DNA from: a candidate division WS6 bacterium GW2011_GWF2_39_15
Lineage (GTDB): Bacteria > Patescibacteriota > Dojkabacteria > SC72
Direction: 5' to 3'
DNA length: 64,000 bases
Assembly: GCA_000993565.1 (NCBI GenBank)
Contig: LBWK01000001.1
Location: 300,208-364,207 of the forward strand
The notes under the pieces were generated by a model. It did no database searches, had not been told where the DNA came from, and saw only the letters and a program-made list of their open reading frames with translations. Made by a program: the position numbers and the translations under genes. Shown here one piece after another: positions 19,980 through 29,907 of the stretch. How positions within the stretch are numbered: the stretch's first letter is position 1; each line of letters starts with the position of its first letter.

Positions 19980-22832
19980 CTATCTTTTGAAAACCAATCC
20001 CCAAATCCAAAAAGCAAGATACACTAAATATATCCATAACGTAGCAAACAAACCGATCATATAGATAATTTGTGGTATATACACGATTATCAGTGAATCA
20101 TAACTCTCTATATTCTTTACATACCATCCGTTTGCATAGTCGTAAGTTGTAAGTTCCTGGCTACTTAGATCTGTCACAGTTTTATTATTTCTGATACCAA
20201 TAAGTCTCCATTGGGCGTTTTTATTCTGATTAAGCGACACTACATAATTACCGACAGCATCTTTACTCCAACTTACCTGTGAACCCCAAACATAATTTTT
20301 TATCGTAAGATCTAAATTCTTCCCTCTATCAAGATTGATTCCATCTACAACCTGACCAGAGTATGATAGGGGAAGAGTAACGAATCTCACTTCTTTAATA
20401 TCAATTGAAAAAATCTTTTCTTTCTCATCATTCAAATACAGGTAAAGAGACATATCATTTTTATCCTTATACCTGTCGATATTCTTTAGATATACATAGT
20501 CAGTTACATAACCGAAAGATTCTTCACGTCTCGTAATAATCCCGTCACTCTGAGAATCTTCCCCCAATACTCCTGAGAAATAGCAGAAATTATCTTTAAG
20601 CCCAAAGATACAATACCGAATACTCTGGGTAGAATTATTCGAATAGGTTACCTTCAATATTCCTCCCTTACCTATATTACTATTCATCACAGGTTCAAAC
20701 ATACATGTCCTTTGTCCAGCAGATGTAATTCTGATACCTGAGCTCTTTTTTAGCTTTGTTATTTGAATTTCCGATGGTTCTGTATCCTCAGGATCACATG
20801 TATATCGGGAACCGTTATTCCAAACTCCGTTATTAAAGTTGTAATTTGAGATCAGATCATAATGCCCAGACTTTAAATCCAGGCTTTGGGATTCATCTTC
20901 ATTATTGATATAGAGGGAGTCTCCGACTATCGAGAACCCATTGTTCTTCGGCTCTTTGCCACATATAGATGAGTTAGGGAAATATTTGTCAACCGGGAGA
21001 CCAACTCTACACTCATTACTCCCATAGATAATTTTTGAACTAACCTGGATACTATCTTTAGAATGATCATTACATGTATTGCGATATAGAGATAATTGCC
21101 CATATTCGCTCACAAGGTTCCAGCAATCGAAATTGCTAATCAATGCCTTAAATTCATTTAACCGAACTTTAGAGCCGTCACCAGGAAGGTCTATGAAATC
21201 ATTTCGAAGAAGAATCCAATTTGTTTGCGTTCTAAATAAAAAATCATTGAGGGTGGTTGCATTTGGTTCCTGTAAGCTATTCAAAATACTGACAGTTTTG
21301 TTTCCCTGTATCTGATTGTAATACCCGTCTATGTAGTCGACATCTGCAAGTCTATGCATAATATCAGGGCCGGCATAACCCCAATCATAGTATGTATACC
21401 CATAGATATGTTTTGATAAAGGTAGAGGAAGAACTTTTTGCCCTTTGGCATTTTCATTTAAATACTCTGCCATTTCCAGATAGCCATAAGTAATTGGGCT
21501 TATCCAAGCTTCATTAATCGCCCTCCCAGGTATAACATATAGCAAAATCCCAAAGATAAATAAGAAGAAAACTATCTGTACTCTGGTAAATGTATAAACA
21601 AACTTCTCTGAAGTGAACTTGAAAAGCTGCTTGATCTCCAATTTCTGGTTAAACAACAATGCCAGCAAAAGAGACCCAATAAAGAAATACGGCATAGACC
21701 AATATGTCCAGCTGTCCCGGAATAAATCTGAGTATAATGGGATCTTTGATAAAGTTTCTGCAAATATACTGCCAAACGGAGAACCGAATCCATTTGCTAA
21801 AATACCAAAGATTATAAAAATAAATAACAACACCCAACGCTTTTTAAGATTAATCAATCCTGAGATGATCATACAGATGATAGGTACTAACCCTAGTGTC
21901 AGCATGGCTGACTTGGATATATTCCCTAGAATCGGGAAATTATGATCGCCTGGATTAATGGAACTTAAACCATGAGTCCAGGCATATGAGCCAAACCCAG
22001 CCATCGTTTCGACAAGCTTATAATCCTTTGAAAATAGTGTCGCATCATTTCTATAGTATTCCAGTAGACTATTCTGTGCGATATCCGAGTAGTTCAGACG
22101 AGAACCAAAGTAGGAGAGAAAGACCACAGTGTTCAAGAAAAGCGCAACGATAACTATTAAACATACTTCTCTAAGCCGAATTCTGATCGAGATCAGATCC
22201 ATTTTCCCTAATACTAGTACAATAGCTGGGACAAGAATCCAATAAATAAGATATATATTTGCAGTTCGCGATATCGACATCATAACCAAAGCAAATATCC
22301 CAGCTCCAAGATAGGGATTAATCGTTTTATCAAAAGTACGAGCTAGAATATAAACCAGAAGGGGTAAGGAAGCATATGCATATAGGAGATGGGGTTGTGG
22401 AAATTGAAAGCGGAGAAACACATAAACATTGAGCATAAAAAATAAACTCCCAACCCACATTGCAAGTTTGCCAAATTTCAAATAACGAAGAAGCATGAAC
22501 ATAAAGATTCCTGCAAAAGCTCTTAAAACCGTGAAGTATAGGAAGTTGGTTAAAGTTATTGACCTAACAAGCATCTGAATAATTAGCTGAGGGAGAAGAA
22601 GAAATAGTTTACTTACTGCGAAGAACTCCGGAACTCCCAGCGCTTCTCCTGACCATACATAAAGACTTCTTTTAATTTCCAAACCTATATTTATCGGATA
22701 GTCGATATCGCCACCATTTATAAGTTGACCCCACTGTCCTTTGTATGCAATTAAATGAATCGCTAGGCTTATACCTAAAAAAACGGCTAAAGGAGCGAAT
22801 TTCTTTAGCAGATTCAAGATCTTTCTTTTCAT
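19980..22832 (-). CDS. large polytopic membrane protein with a C-terminal extracytoplasmic domain of about 430 aa; putative GT-C-type glycosyltransferase
   Basis: I moved the start to MKRKILNLLKK (ATG 22830-22832) because the track's longer start overlaps the divergent gene. There are more than 12 TM helices, an acidic first loop (GGDIDYP), and glycosyltransferase neighbours. Confidence 0.5.
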   Translation of the reverse strand: MKRKILNLLKKFAPLAVFLGISLAIHLIAYKGQWGQLINGGDIDYPINIGLEIKRSLYVWSGEALGVPEFFAVSKLFLLLPQLIIQMLVRSITLTNFLYFTVLRAFAGIFMFMLLRYLKFGKLAMWVGSLFFMLNVYVFLRFQFPQPHLLYAYASLPLLVYILARTFDKTINPYLGAGIFALVMMSISRTANIYLIYWILVPAIVLVLGKMDLISIRIRLREVCLIVIVALFLNTVVFLSYFGSRLNYSDIAQNSLLEYYRNDATLFSKDYKLVETMAGFGSYAWTHGLSSINPGDHNFPILGNISKSAMLTLGLVPIICMIISGLINLKKRWVLLFIFIIFGILANGFGSPFGSIFAETLSKIPLYSDLFRDSWTYWSMPYFFIGSLLLALLFNQKLEIKQLFKFTSEKFVYTFTRVQIVFFLFIFGILLYVIPGRAINEAWISPITYGYLEMAEYLNENAKGQKVLPLPLSKHIYGYTYYDWGYAGPDIMHRLADVDYIDGYYNQIQGNKTVSILNSLQEPNATTLNDFLFRTQTNWILLRNDFIDLPGDGSKVRLNEFKALISNFDCWNLVSEYGQLSLYRNTCNDHSKDSIQVSSKIIYGSNECRVGLPVDKYFPNSSICGKEPKNNGFSIVGDSLYINNEDESQSLDLKSGHYDLISNYNFNNGVWNNGSRYTCDPEDTEPSEIQITKLKKSSGIRITSAGQRTCMFEPVMNSNIGKGGILKVTYSNNSTQSIRYCIFGLKDNFCYFSGVLGEDSQSDGIITRREESFGYVTDYVYLKNIDRYKDKNDMSLYLYLNDEKEKIFSIDIKEVRFVTLPLSYSGQVVDGINLDRGKNLDLTIKNYVWGSQVSWSKDAVGNYVVSLNQNKNAQWRLIGIRNNKTVTDLSSQELTTYDYANGWYVKNIESYDSLIIVYIPQIIYMIGLFATLWIYLVYLAFWIWGLVFKR

Positions 22833-22852
22833 AGCTGTAATTATACGAAATA

Positions 22853-24037
22853 ATGTATAATTTAACCATGAAAATACTTCTAGCTGTCCCAGAATATCCT
22901 CCACATCATATTGGAGGTGGTGGTGAAGTTTACAAACAGCTTGCAACAAACTATCAGCGATTAGGGCATGAGGTAACTGTTTTATATGGATATTATCCAA
23001 ATAGGGGATTAAATTCCAAAATTAAGAGCTACAAGAAAGATAATATAATCTTCTATGAGGTCCCGGAGCTACCATACCCTAAGTCGAAACCATTTCTCAG
23101 AACCGCAATGCCAGCTACCATGAAAGCAAAAAAAGAGCTTCAGGACATTATTAGTTCTGACATTTTTGATGTCGCACACCTTCACGGATATGGTTGGCCT
23201 TTAATAAACACAATTGCAGGGCTTTGTATGAAATTTAATATTCCTTATATTTACACATTACATGGATACCCTGAGAGCCAGAATTCTTCCCCAATTTTAA
23301 GACTTATATGGAATAACTTCATATTACCAACCCAAAATAGATCCCTAAGTCAAGCCCATTCACTAACGGCAATCTCCGACTATGTGGCAAAGGATCCAAG
23401 GAACACTCAACTTAGCAAGACTCATACAATATTCAACGGAATCAATTACAGTTCATTTAGAGAGATCGCAAATGAGGTAGATATAAAGACGGAAAACAAC
23501 ATTTCAGATGATGACTTATTCATATATTCAATAGGTAGGTTGGCAGAAATGAAAGGCTTCCAGAATATCGTTAAGTTGATACCTCAGATAAATAAGCAGG
23601 GAATGAAAGTAAAATACTTAATCGCCGGTGATGATGATGGATATATGAAAGAATTGGAAAAGCTAGTTTCAAACTTAAGGTTAGAGGATCAAGTTAAGCT
23701 TGTAGGTTTTCATGGTGATGATACTAAAAAAATGTTCATAAAACAGTGTAATATATACGCAGTTCCATCGTTATGGGAACCATTTGGTTTAACCGTTCTT
23801 GAAGGAATGGTATTTGAGAAACTGATACTAACAACCGAGGCCGGAGGGATTAAGGAAGTTTTGGAGGGATATAGCAACAAGATTAATATGGATGATAAAG
23901 ATCTGATAAATAAAATCATCAGTAGAAAGCAAAATAGAAGCGAAATGGATTGGAATAGATTTAATTGGGAAACAATATCCAAGAATTATCTTAGTCTTTT
24001 AGAAGAAGCCGCTATTCATACAAAGAGATTAGCCTGA
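22853..24037 (+). CDS. GT-B glycosyltransferase, family 4-like
   Basis: N-terminal ILLAVPEYPPHHIGGGGEVY and C-terminal EPFGLTVLEGM motifs. The real start may be MKILLAV at 22868. Confidence 0.8.
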   Translation: MYNLTMKILLAVPEYPPHHIGGGGEVYKQLATNYQRLGHEVTVLYGYYPNRGLNSKIKSYKKDNIIFYEVPELPYPKSKPFLRTAMPATMKAKKELQDIISSDIFDVAHLHGYGWPLINTIAGLCMKFNIPYIYTLHGYPESQNSSPILRLIWNNFILPTQNRSLSQAHSLTAISDYVAKDPRNTQLSKTHTIFNGINYSSFREIANEVDIKTENNISDDDLFIYSIGRLAEMKGFQNIVKLIPQINKQGMKVKYLIAGDDDGYMKELEKLVSNLRLEDQVKLVGFHGDDTKKMFIKQCNIYAVPSLWEPFGLTVLEGMVFEKLILTTEAGGIKEVLEGYSNKINMDDKDLINKIISRKQNRSEMDWNRFNWETISKNYLSLLEEAAIHTKRLA

Positions 24038-24339
24038 ACGATTTAGCACGACTTAGTGATATTAAAGGTTAAATAGAGTCACATCTCATATTTACTCGAA
24101 GCGAGTAATAGCCTATAATATTTATCTTTTCCTCCATTTTTAGTATAATATATTGTCTAAATAATACATTTAGAAATACTGCTCTTTACAAATATATTTC
24201 TTAAATGCAGGGAGTCATCAAGTAATGATTTATATCGTTATTTGAATATCTCCTTGCTATTCCTCCTAAATGTCATAGTTTGACGATTAGAGCAATACTT
24301 TATTGTTGTAATCGTCAGATTTTGACTATGGAGGTAGTC

Positions 24340-24711
24340 ATGAAAAAAATGATTGAAAAAGTAAAAGCAGCACTGGCCTTGAAAAGTGAAAAAAGGAAAG
24401 CACGATTCTATCTGATCATGCTGGAAATCCTTTTTCTCACAATCATAACACAGGTTCATGGAAATCCTATGAGCCAGTTTCTTGCCGGAAGTGCTGGAGT
24501 GATTGGTTTCTTCGGATATCAGGCACTCATCAGAGGGTTTCGCTCCGAATGGGCTGTATTTGCAGGCTTACTAATGGGAGTTTCAATTTCCCCTCTTAGT
24601 ATGATCATTGCATACAGTTTATTACATTTGGAGGTTACCCAATCATTTACGCTGAGCATGGTAGCATGGTGGTTTATACCATTCATTTCTACCTTGCTCA
24701 ATGAAAGCTGA
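24340..24711 (+). CDS. small membrane protein (123 aa from the internal ATG)
   Basis: GGAGG (24330-24334) lies 5 nt before the ATG at 24340. There are three to four TM helices. Confidence 0.4.
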   Translation: MKKMIEKVKAALALKSEKRKARFYLIMLEILFLTIITQVHGNPMSQFLAGSAGVIGFFGYQALIRGFRSEWAVFAGLLMGVSISPLSMIIAYSLLHLEVTQSFTLSMVAWWFIPFISTLLNES

Positions 24712-24714
24712 GGA

Positions 24715-24770
24715 GATAACCGCCCAAGCACGTGAGTGCGTCAAAAACATCTGACGCACTCACGGTTATC
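24715..24770 (+). terminator. nested hairpin element (copy B of the element at 18483-18539)
   Basis: Outer stem GATAACCG (24715-24722) pairs with CGGTTATC (24763-24770). Inner stem CGTGAGTGCGTCA (24731-24743) pairs with TGACGCACTCACG (24752-24764). It starts 4 nt after the stop codon. Confidence 0.45.
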
Positions 24771-24828
24771 TATGTATTTAAGAAATATATATTCTCTATC
24801 CAATTATCTTAGAAAAATTGGATAATTT

Positions 24829-26469
24829 GTGAGATACTCTTCTTATATGAAAATCCTAACCTGGTTTAAATCACATTACTATATTATTCTTCCAATCCTT
24901 CTCCTCTCAGTAATCTCTTTAATGAATTTCCATTCCAATCAATTTATAATGGGATTGGATAATATATCTCCATACTTTAATTCAAGAGCAGTGCTAGATA
25001 AGCTATTTGGAAGTGAAACTGGTGCTGTATTCGCGAACCTCCCCTTTCTATTTACACTCCCTATATTTGAACTTCTTAAACTCATTTCAATTCCCATATG
25101 GGCAATCAATCAGCTGTATTTGATGTTCGGACTTTGGATGGGAGTATTAGGAACGGGATACCTCGTATACAGAATCACAAAGTCTAAAAAAGGCTTTCTG
25201 TTTGGATCAGTACTATCTTTGGCAAACCTTGCAACTTTCTGGATCTTTAATCAGCCTAACTACTTCTTTGTAGCCGCATTTGCATCTATACCATGGTTAA
25301 TGGAGTGGGGGATAGGAAAGCCAGAGAAAAACCTTGTCTTAACAATAATCAGGATCACCGCCGTTATACTATTCTTCCAGACGACAATGAATCTAGTGGT
25401 CTTCATCTCATACCTCTTTGCAATTCTTCTAATACAATTTGCTATAAACACTAGCAGAGTGGAATGGAAGAGTAATTTAATAACTCAGACAAAAAGGCTG
25501 GGAATTATTCTATTAATACTTTTAATTGTATGGCAAGCAGGAATATTTCTGACAGGAAAATCCGATTTTGTTGTTTCTAAATTAGTAACATACTACTCAA
25601 GTATCAAAGAGAACCCTCTAACAAAAGCCATTACTAAAGATCTTCAGGCATCAGGAATAATTAATAACAATATTGTCAATAATATTGTTTTCAAAAACTC
25701 ATGGGTTGAAACTCATACAACGGAGGGCATCAGACTATTTCAAAGCTATGATTACTACTCAGGTCCTATATTCCTAATTGGACTTATACCGTTCGTACTA
25801 GCCCTTTCGACCCTTTTCAATAGTGATCGACAAAAGAAAATTCCTTTACACTTTGCTCTCATAGTGGGACTCATACTAATGAGCAGTATTATGTTGAAGG
25901 CAACTCAAGGGGTACCAGTATTAAGTGAGGCTTTCAGGTGGAGTGCAAGTAAGTTCTGGCCCCTTATTATCTTTCCGATTATCCTCCTCGCTACAGACTC
26001 TCTAGTCACGTTAAAAAGGCCTTTGATAACCGGGATCGTCTTCGGTCTGCTCCTCATTTATATCCTCCCAATGTTTACGGGTAATCTCTTTTCCAAAGAA
26101 CTTGTAACAAAGCTACCTGGCGAGTATTTCAAACTGGATAACAATATTAAAAGTGAAACTCTCTATTACTATCTTCCTGCTCCTCAGGATCTATATTTTT
26201 ATACATACAAATTCGGATATTTTGGTTCCGATTTTGTTTCGTATATGACAAAAGGAGACACTCAAAAAACCGGGATTCTCTCATACTTCAATAATGTTGA
26301 GAGGTACAAGAGTATTAGTAAATCCCTCGTAAACTGTGAGTCGAAAATTGAGAATATTAAGATAATCTGGGATTCAAATGTAGAGACAGGGAGTAATATA
26401 ATTAAAAATTGTTTGGACAGCAAATATAATCTAACTTCAAAAGACAGGGGATTATATATATATGAGTAA
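24829..26469 (+). CDS. polytopic membrane protein, possible second GT-C-like or polymerase-like component
   Basis: GTG start and more than 10 TM helices. It overlaps the downstream glycosyltransferase gene by 8 nt. Confidence 0.45.
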   Translation: MRYSSYMKILTWFKSHYYIILPILLLSVISLMNFHSNQFIMGLDNISPYFNSRAVLDKLFGSETGAVFANLPFLFTLPIFELLKLISIPIWAINQLYLMFGLWMGVLGTGYLVYRITKSKKGFLFGSVLSLANLATFWIFNQPNYFFVAAFASIPWLMEWGIGKPEKNLVLTIIRITAVILFFQTTMNLVVFISYLFAILLIQFAINTSRVEWKSNLITQTKRLGIILLILLIVWQAGIFLTGKSDFVVSKLVTYYSSIKENPLTKAITKDLQASGIINNNIVNNIVFKNSWVETHTTEGIRLFQSYDYYSGPIFLIGLIPFVLALSTLFNSDRQKKIPLHFALIVGLILMSSIMLKATQGVPVLSEAFRWSASKFWPLIIFPIILLATDSLVTLKRPLITGIVFGLLLIYILPMFTGNLFSKELVTKLPGEYFKLDNNIKSETLYYYLPAPQDLYFYTYKFGYFGSDFVSYMTKGDTQKTGILSYFNNVERYKSISKSLVNCESKIENIKIIWDSNVETGSNIIKNCLDSKYNLTSKDRGLYIYE

Positions 26470-27691
26470 AGACACAGTACTGGTAATAACCTCATATCCT
26501 TCTAAAGATACTAAACATGATAAAGGAGTGAGCGGACTGGCCTCATTTGCAAAAAACACTGTAGAGTCTATACCTAAAGATAATATTAATATAATTGTTC
26601 TTGCGGAAAAGAAAGACAAGTTTGATGTGTACAAAGAGGGTGATGTACTAGTTAAAAGAATATGGCAGAGAAATACCCTCAGATTATATTTCCAGCTTTT
26701 CAAACAGGCTTGGATCTACAGGAAGGTGTCAAATAAAATACTTCTGGAGTTTGAATACTCTGTCTACGGATCAAACTTTGTAACCGGATTTATGCCAATA
26801 TTCATCATTGCCGCACGAGTACTTGGGTACAAGACGGTATCGGTTATGCACCAGGTCATTAGAAGTAGGGAAATTCTTTCACAAAACTTAGGTCTTGCTC
26901 AAAGAAGTTTTAAGCTGCATATTGTCTACTTTCTGACCCAAATATTTACACGTTTCTTCACATTCGTTTCTTCTCATATTGTGGTGCTTGATGAAGTACA
27001 CAAGCAAAATTTGAAAGATATTACAAACATCAAAAAGGTAACAGTCATACCACACGGAGTAGAGCAGAGAGACGTAGTACAAAAAGAGACTGGAAAGAAA
27101 ATCAACCTTTTATATTTTGGATTCCTTGCTTGGTATAAAGGGGCAGACTGGTTAATAGATTCTTATCTGGAATTCTCTAAACATAACCCGGAACTGGCTG
27201 ATAAATTCCACATAACTATGGCAGGAGGTGAGAGCCCTACACAGTCGGTAAATCCTAAATATAGGGAATATTATGACGGTATGGTAAGGAAGGCCAACGA
27301 GAATAAGAATATAACCATAACAGGGTTTGTTAAGGAAGAGGACTTCGACACTATCTTTGGTAATGCAGATATTCAGATATTGCCTTATAGGGCCATTATG
27401 TCCTCCAGTGGGCCACTGTCATGGGCTTTTACTTATGAAAAACCTGTTTTGTTGTCTAATATTCTAAGCCCTTATCTCGAAACTGAAGATATAAAGGAAG
27501 TTCTAAATGAACTTAAAATAAGCAGCAACCAATTTACTTTCAATTTGGATAAGCCCTTTAAACTTTTTGAAAGACTTCTAGAAATGCCAAAGCCAGATTT
27601 AAACAGATTAAGTGAATTTTCAAGAGAGGTTAAAGGTAAGCGCAATTGGAAATGGCTTGGGGAGAAGTATCTGTCTATTATATTAAGCTAA
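26462..27691 (+). CDS. GT-B glycosyltransferase (GT4/GT1-like)
   Basis: Two-Rossmann layout, with LLYFGFLAWYKGADWL and a C-terminal sugar-donor-domain pattern. Translationally coupled to the upstream ORF. Confidence 0.65.
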   Translation: MSKDTVLVITSYPSKDTKHDKGVSGLASFAKNTVESIPKDNINIIVLAEKKDKFDVYKEGDVLVKRIWQRNTLRLYFQLFKQAWIYRKVSNKILLEFEYSVYGSNFVTGFMPIFIIAARVLGYKTVSVMHQVIRSREILSQNLGLAQRSFKLHIVYFLTQIFTRFFTFVSSHIVVLDEVHKQNLKDITNIKKVTVIPHGVEQRDVVQKETGKKINLLYFGFLAWYKGADWLIDSYLEFSKHNPELADKFHITMAGGESPTQSVNPKYREYYDGMVRKANENKNITITGFVKEEDFDTIFGNADIQILPYRAIMSSSGPLSWAFTYEKPVLLSNILSPYLETEDIKEVLNELKISSNQFTFNLDKPFKLFERLLEMPKPDLNRLSEFSREVKGKRNWKWLGEKYLSIILS

Positions 27692-27701
27692 TACAAAGCC
27701 T

Positions 27702-28481
27702 TTAAATCTTATTGTAGTAAATATCAACCTTCTGACGAATCTCATCTTCAGTGAATCTTCCTGTTAACCGTAAAAGGTTTTCAATAACAGATTTGTCAAC
27801 GCCGGACTTTCTCATCCATTTAAAATGATATCCCACAGAGTCAATACTTTGTCTATTGTAACCCTCAACTAATGGTCTCCACACATTATTCATCATCTCT
27901 AAAAGTAGATCCCTATTCATTCGTTCAGGAAAGATACTACGAATACAAACGGCTAGACCTTTAACTAATTCAACTGTTCTAATATCTGAAAGGGTAATGT
28001 AAAATAGCCCGCCATTTGACTCTCGGATACCATGTTCACGACTCAATACATCGTAACGCTGAACAGCAGATACTTCTCTAAACACAACTTCTGCATCCTC
28101 ATTAGGATAAAGCACTACAGAGGTTGTCACATGGGCAATTAATTGCTGCAAAGAAGTTAATACCCGACCATGTATTCGAGCCTCTTCATTTGGGACAGTT
28201 TTCCTCTGGTGTACATATGAAGAAGCAGAAACTATATCTGTCTTGACTACGTTACTCACAGTATACTCCCCTGACTGCTCCATAAAGTACCTTCTAGCTT
28301 GCTCCAGGCTCTGCATAAATGAGACATATTCATCAAAAGTCATGCCTTCCTTAATATTTTCGTAAAATGCTCTCTCTCCTCCTGTTGGAGAGCCAGATCC
28401 TGGTCCTAAATCTGTAGCGACTCCATCAACAATTTCGCCACCATCCTGATCGCGTTTGGGAGTAATTGGGTAATTAGTCAT
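27702..28481 (-). CDS. hypothetical protein co-transcribed with the GT2 gene
   Basis: 259-aa ORF overlapping the upstream GT2 gene by 8 nt. No recognisable motifs. Confidence 0.4.
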   Translation of the reverse strand: MTNYPITPKRDQDGGEIVDGVATDLGPGSGSPTGGERAFYENIKEGMTFDEYVSFMQSLEQARRYFMEQSGEYTVSNVVKTDIVSASSYVHQRKTVPNEEARIHGRVLTSLQQLIAHVTTSVVLYPNEDAEVVFREVSAVQRYDVLSREHGIRESNGGLFYITLSDIRTVELVKGLAVCIRSIFPERMNRDLLLEMMNNVWRPLVEGYNRQSIDSVGYHFKWMRKSGVDKSVIENLLRLTGRFTEDEIRQKVDIYYNKI

Positions 28482-29253
28482 TCTTCATACTATTTAAATT
28501 AGCTCTTGAATAATTATATCTGATTTTACTGAAACTCTTCTTTAACTGATACATCTTTAGCTTAGCAAGCTCCAAAGAAACCTCTTTAAAAGCCTTTCTG
28601 AAGTTCAGTTTGGACTCAGCTTTATATATCCATTTGATAGGGAACTCCCTTACTTTAAAACCATTAAACTTACTATCAATGAGTAAGTTTACATCAACCG
28701 TCCACTTATTGGCAACTAATATTTTCATCAGTTTCTTTGCTACATGTCTCTTCATTACCTTTACTGCACACTGAGTATCTGCAAACTTAAGTCCAAACAG
28801 AGTTCTTACTGCAACGTTAAACATTCTTGAAAGAACAAATCTGTAGACTGGCATATCACCGGATATTTCAGACTTTCTCATATATCTGCTACCCATTACC
28901 AGATCAAGCTCCGGATTCTTTTTAAGCATATTAAATCCTTTAACCAAGTCTTTTATTGAAGATGAACCGTCAGCATCCTGATATGCAACGTACTTTCCTT
29001 TACCAATTTTGACACCTCTGGCGATTGCACCACCTTTACCCGTATAACCCTTAATATTCATAACTTTTATGAATTCATAGCTCTTAGCTACCTCTTTGAC
29101 AACATCAACCGTATTGTCTGTGGAATTATTTACAACAACAATTACCTCACATTCAATACTGGACTTTGAGAAGTATTTCCCAAGTTCCATTAGAGTGGGT
29201 CTTATCCTCTTTTCTTCATTGTATGCCGGTATAATTACCGTTAAGTCTTTCAT
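28474..29253 (-). CDS. GT2 glycosyltransferase, polyprenol-phosphate sugar synthase-like (Dpm1/GtrB type)
   Basis: LTVIIPAYNEEKRI, VVVNNSTDNT and YQDADGSS (DxD-type) motifs. Confidence 0.85.
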   Translation of the reverse strand: MKDLTVIIPAYNEEKRIRPTLMELGKYFSKSSIECEVIVVVNNSTDNTVDVVKEVAKSYEFIKVMNIKGYTGKGGAIARGVKIGKGKYVAYQDADGSSSIKDLVKGFNMLKKNPELDLVMGSRYMRKSEISGDMPVYRFVLSRMFNVAVRTLFGLKFADTQCAVKVMKRHVAKKLMKILVANKWTVDVNLLIDSKFNGFKVREFPIKWIYKAESKLNFRKAFKEVSLELAKLKMYQLKKSFSKIRYNYSRANLNSMKND

Positions 29254-29347
29254 ATCATAAAGGCTTTATTTATACACTATATTATACCAAATTATCCCAT
29301 AGTATTCCATTCTCTATATTATAACCTTTGATAGGGGATTCTGAGTA

Positions 29348-29376
29348 TTGACAACAATAATCATTCTGTTTACTAT
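29348..29376 (+). promoter_or_regulatory. near-consensus sigma70-type promoter for the 29415-35729 operon
   Basis: TTGACA (29348-29353), a 17-nt spacer, then TACTAT (29371-29376), about 40 nt upstream of the ATG at 29415. Confidence 0.5.
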
Positions 29377-29414
29377 GGATAAGAAAGTAATTTATGGGAT
29401 ACTCATATAATTAA

Positions 29415-29906
29415 ATGGAACCTGCCCGACAAAATATCTCTCAGTTAATAGTAAATGATGATGTTACACAGACAAAGTTCAATCAATTTGCAAAGGAACT
29501 TCAGGATTTAGGAGCATCAGAGAAAGAGATTAAAGAGATAGCCATGGGAGTTGCAAAGACTGCATCTAATCAGACGACAGCAAAAATCAGCCTTTTAATG
29601 GACGATAGCGACTGGAGTAAATGGAAAGCCTTTGTAGATTCAACTCCAACACCAAATGTTGCACAACAACTCATTATCATGAACAAATTCCTTGAAGATA
29701 GGACAGGCAAGAGCCTAGAGACATTGCATCTTGAAATTCTTGATTCATTACTTAAAGATACTCTTGATCAGATTCAAAAGAGAAGGGATATGGCTATTAA
29801 AGTATCCAAACTTTCTGACGAACAGATAGATACCGTTAATGAAGCTCTTGATAATGAGGAGTTTGATAAAGCTGATGATATATTAAATTCTACAAGTACT
29901 AATTAA
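29415..29906 (+). CDS. small acidic helical protein, function unknown
   Basis: 163 aa, 1 nt upstream of the giant ORF. Its C-terminal NEALDNEEFDKADDILNS resembles LEEAKMNEDYDTMEAIIKS of the ORF at 35286. Confidence 0.4.
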   Translation: MEPARQNISQLIVNDDVTQTKFNQFAKELQDLGASEKEIKEIAMGVAKTASNQTTAKISLLMDDSDWSKWKAFVDSTPTPNVAQQLIIMNKFLEDRTGKSLETLHLEILDSLLKDTLDQIQKRRDMAIKVSKLSDEQIDTVNEALDNEEFDKADDILNSTSTN

Positions 29907-29907
29907 A

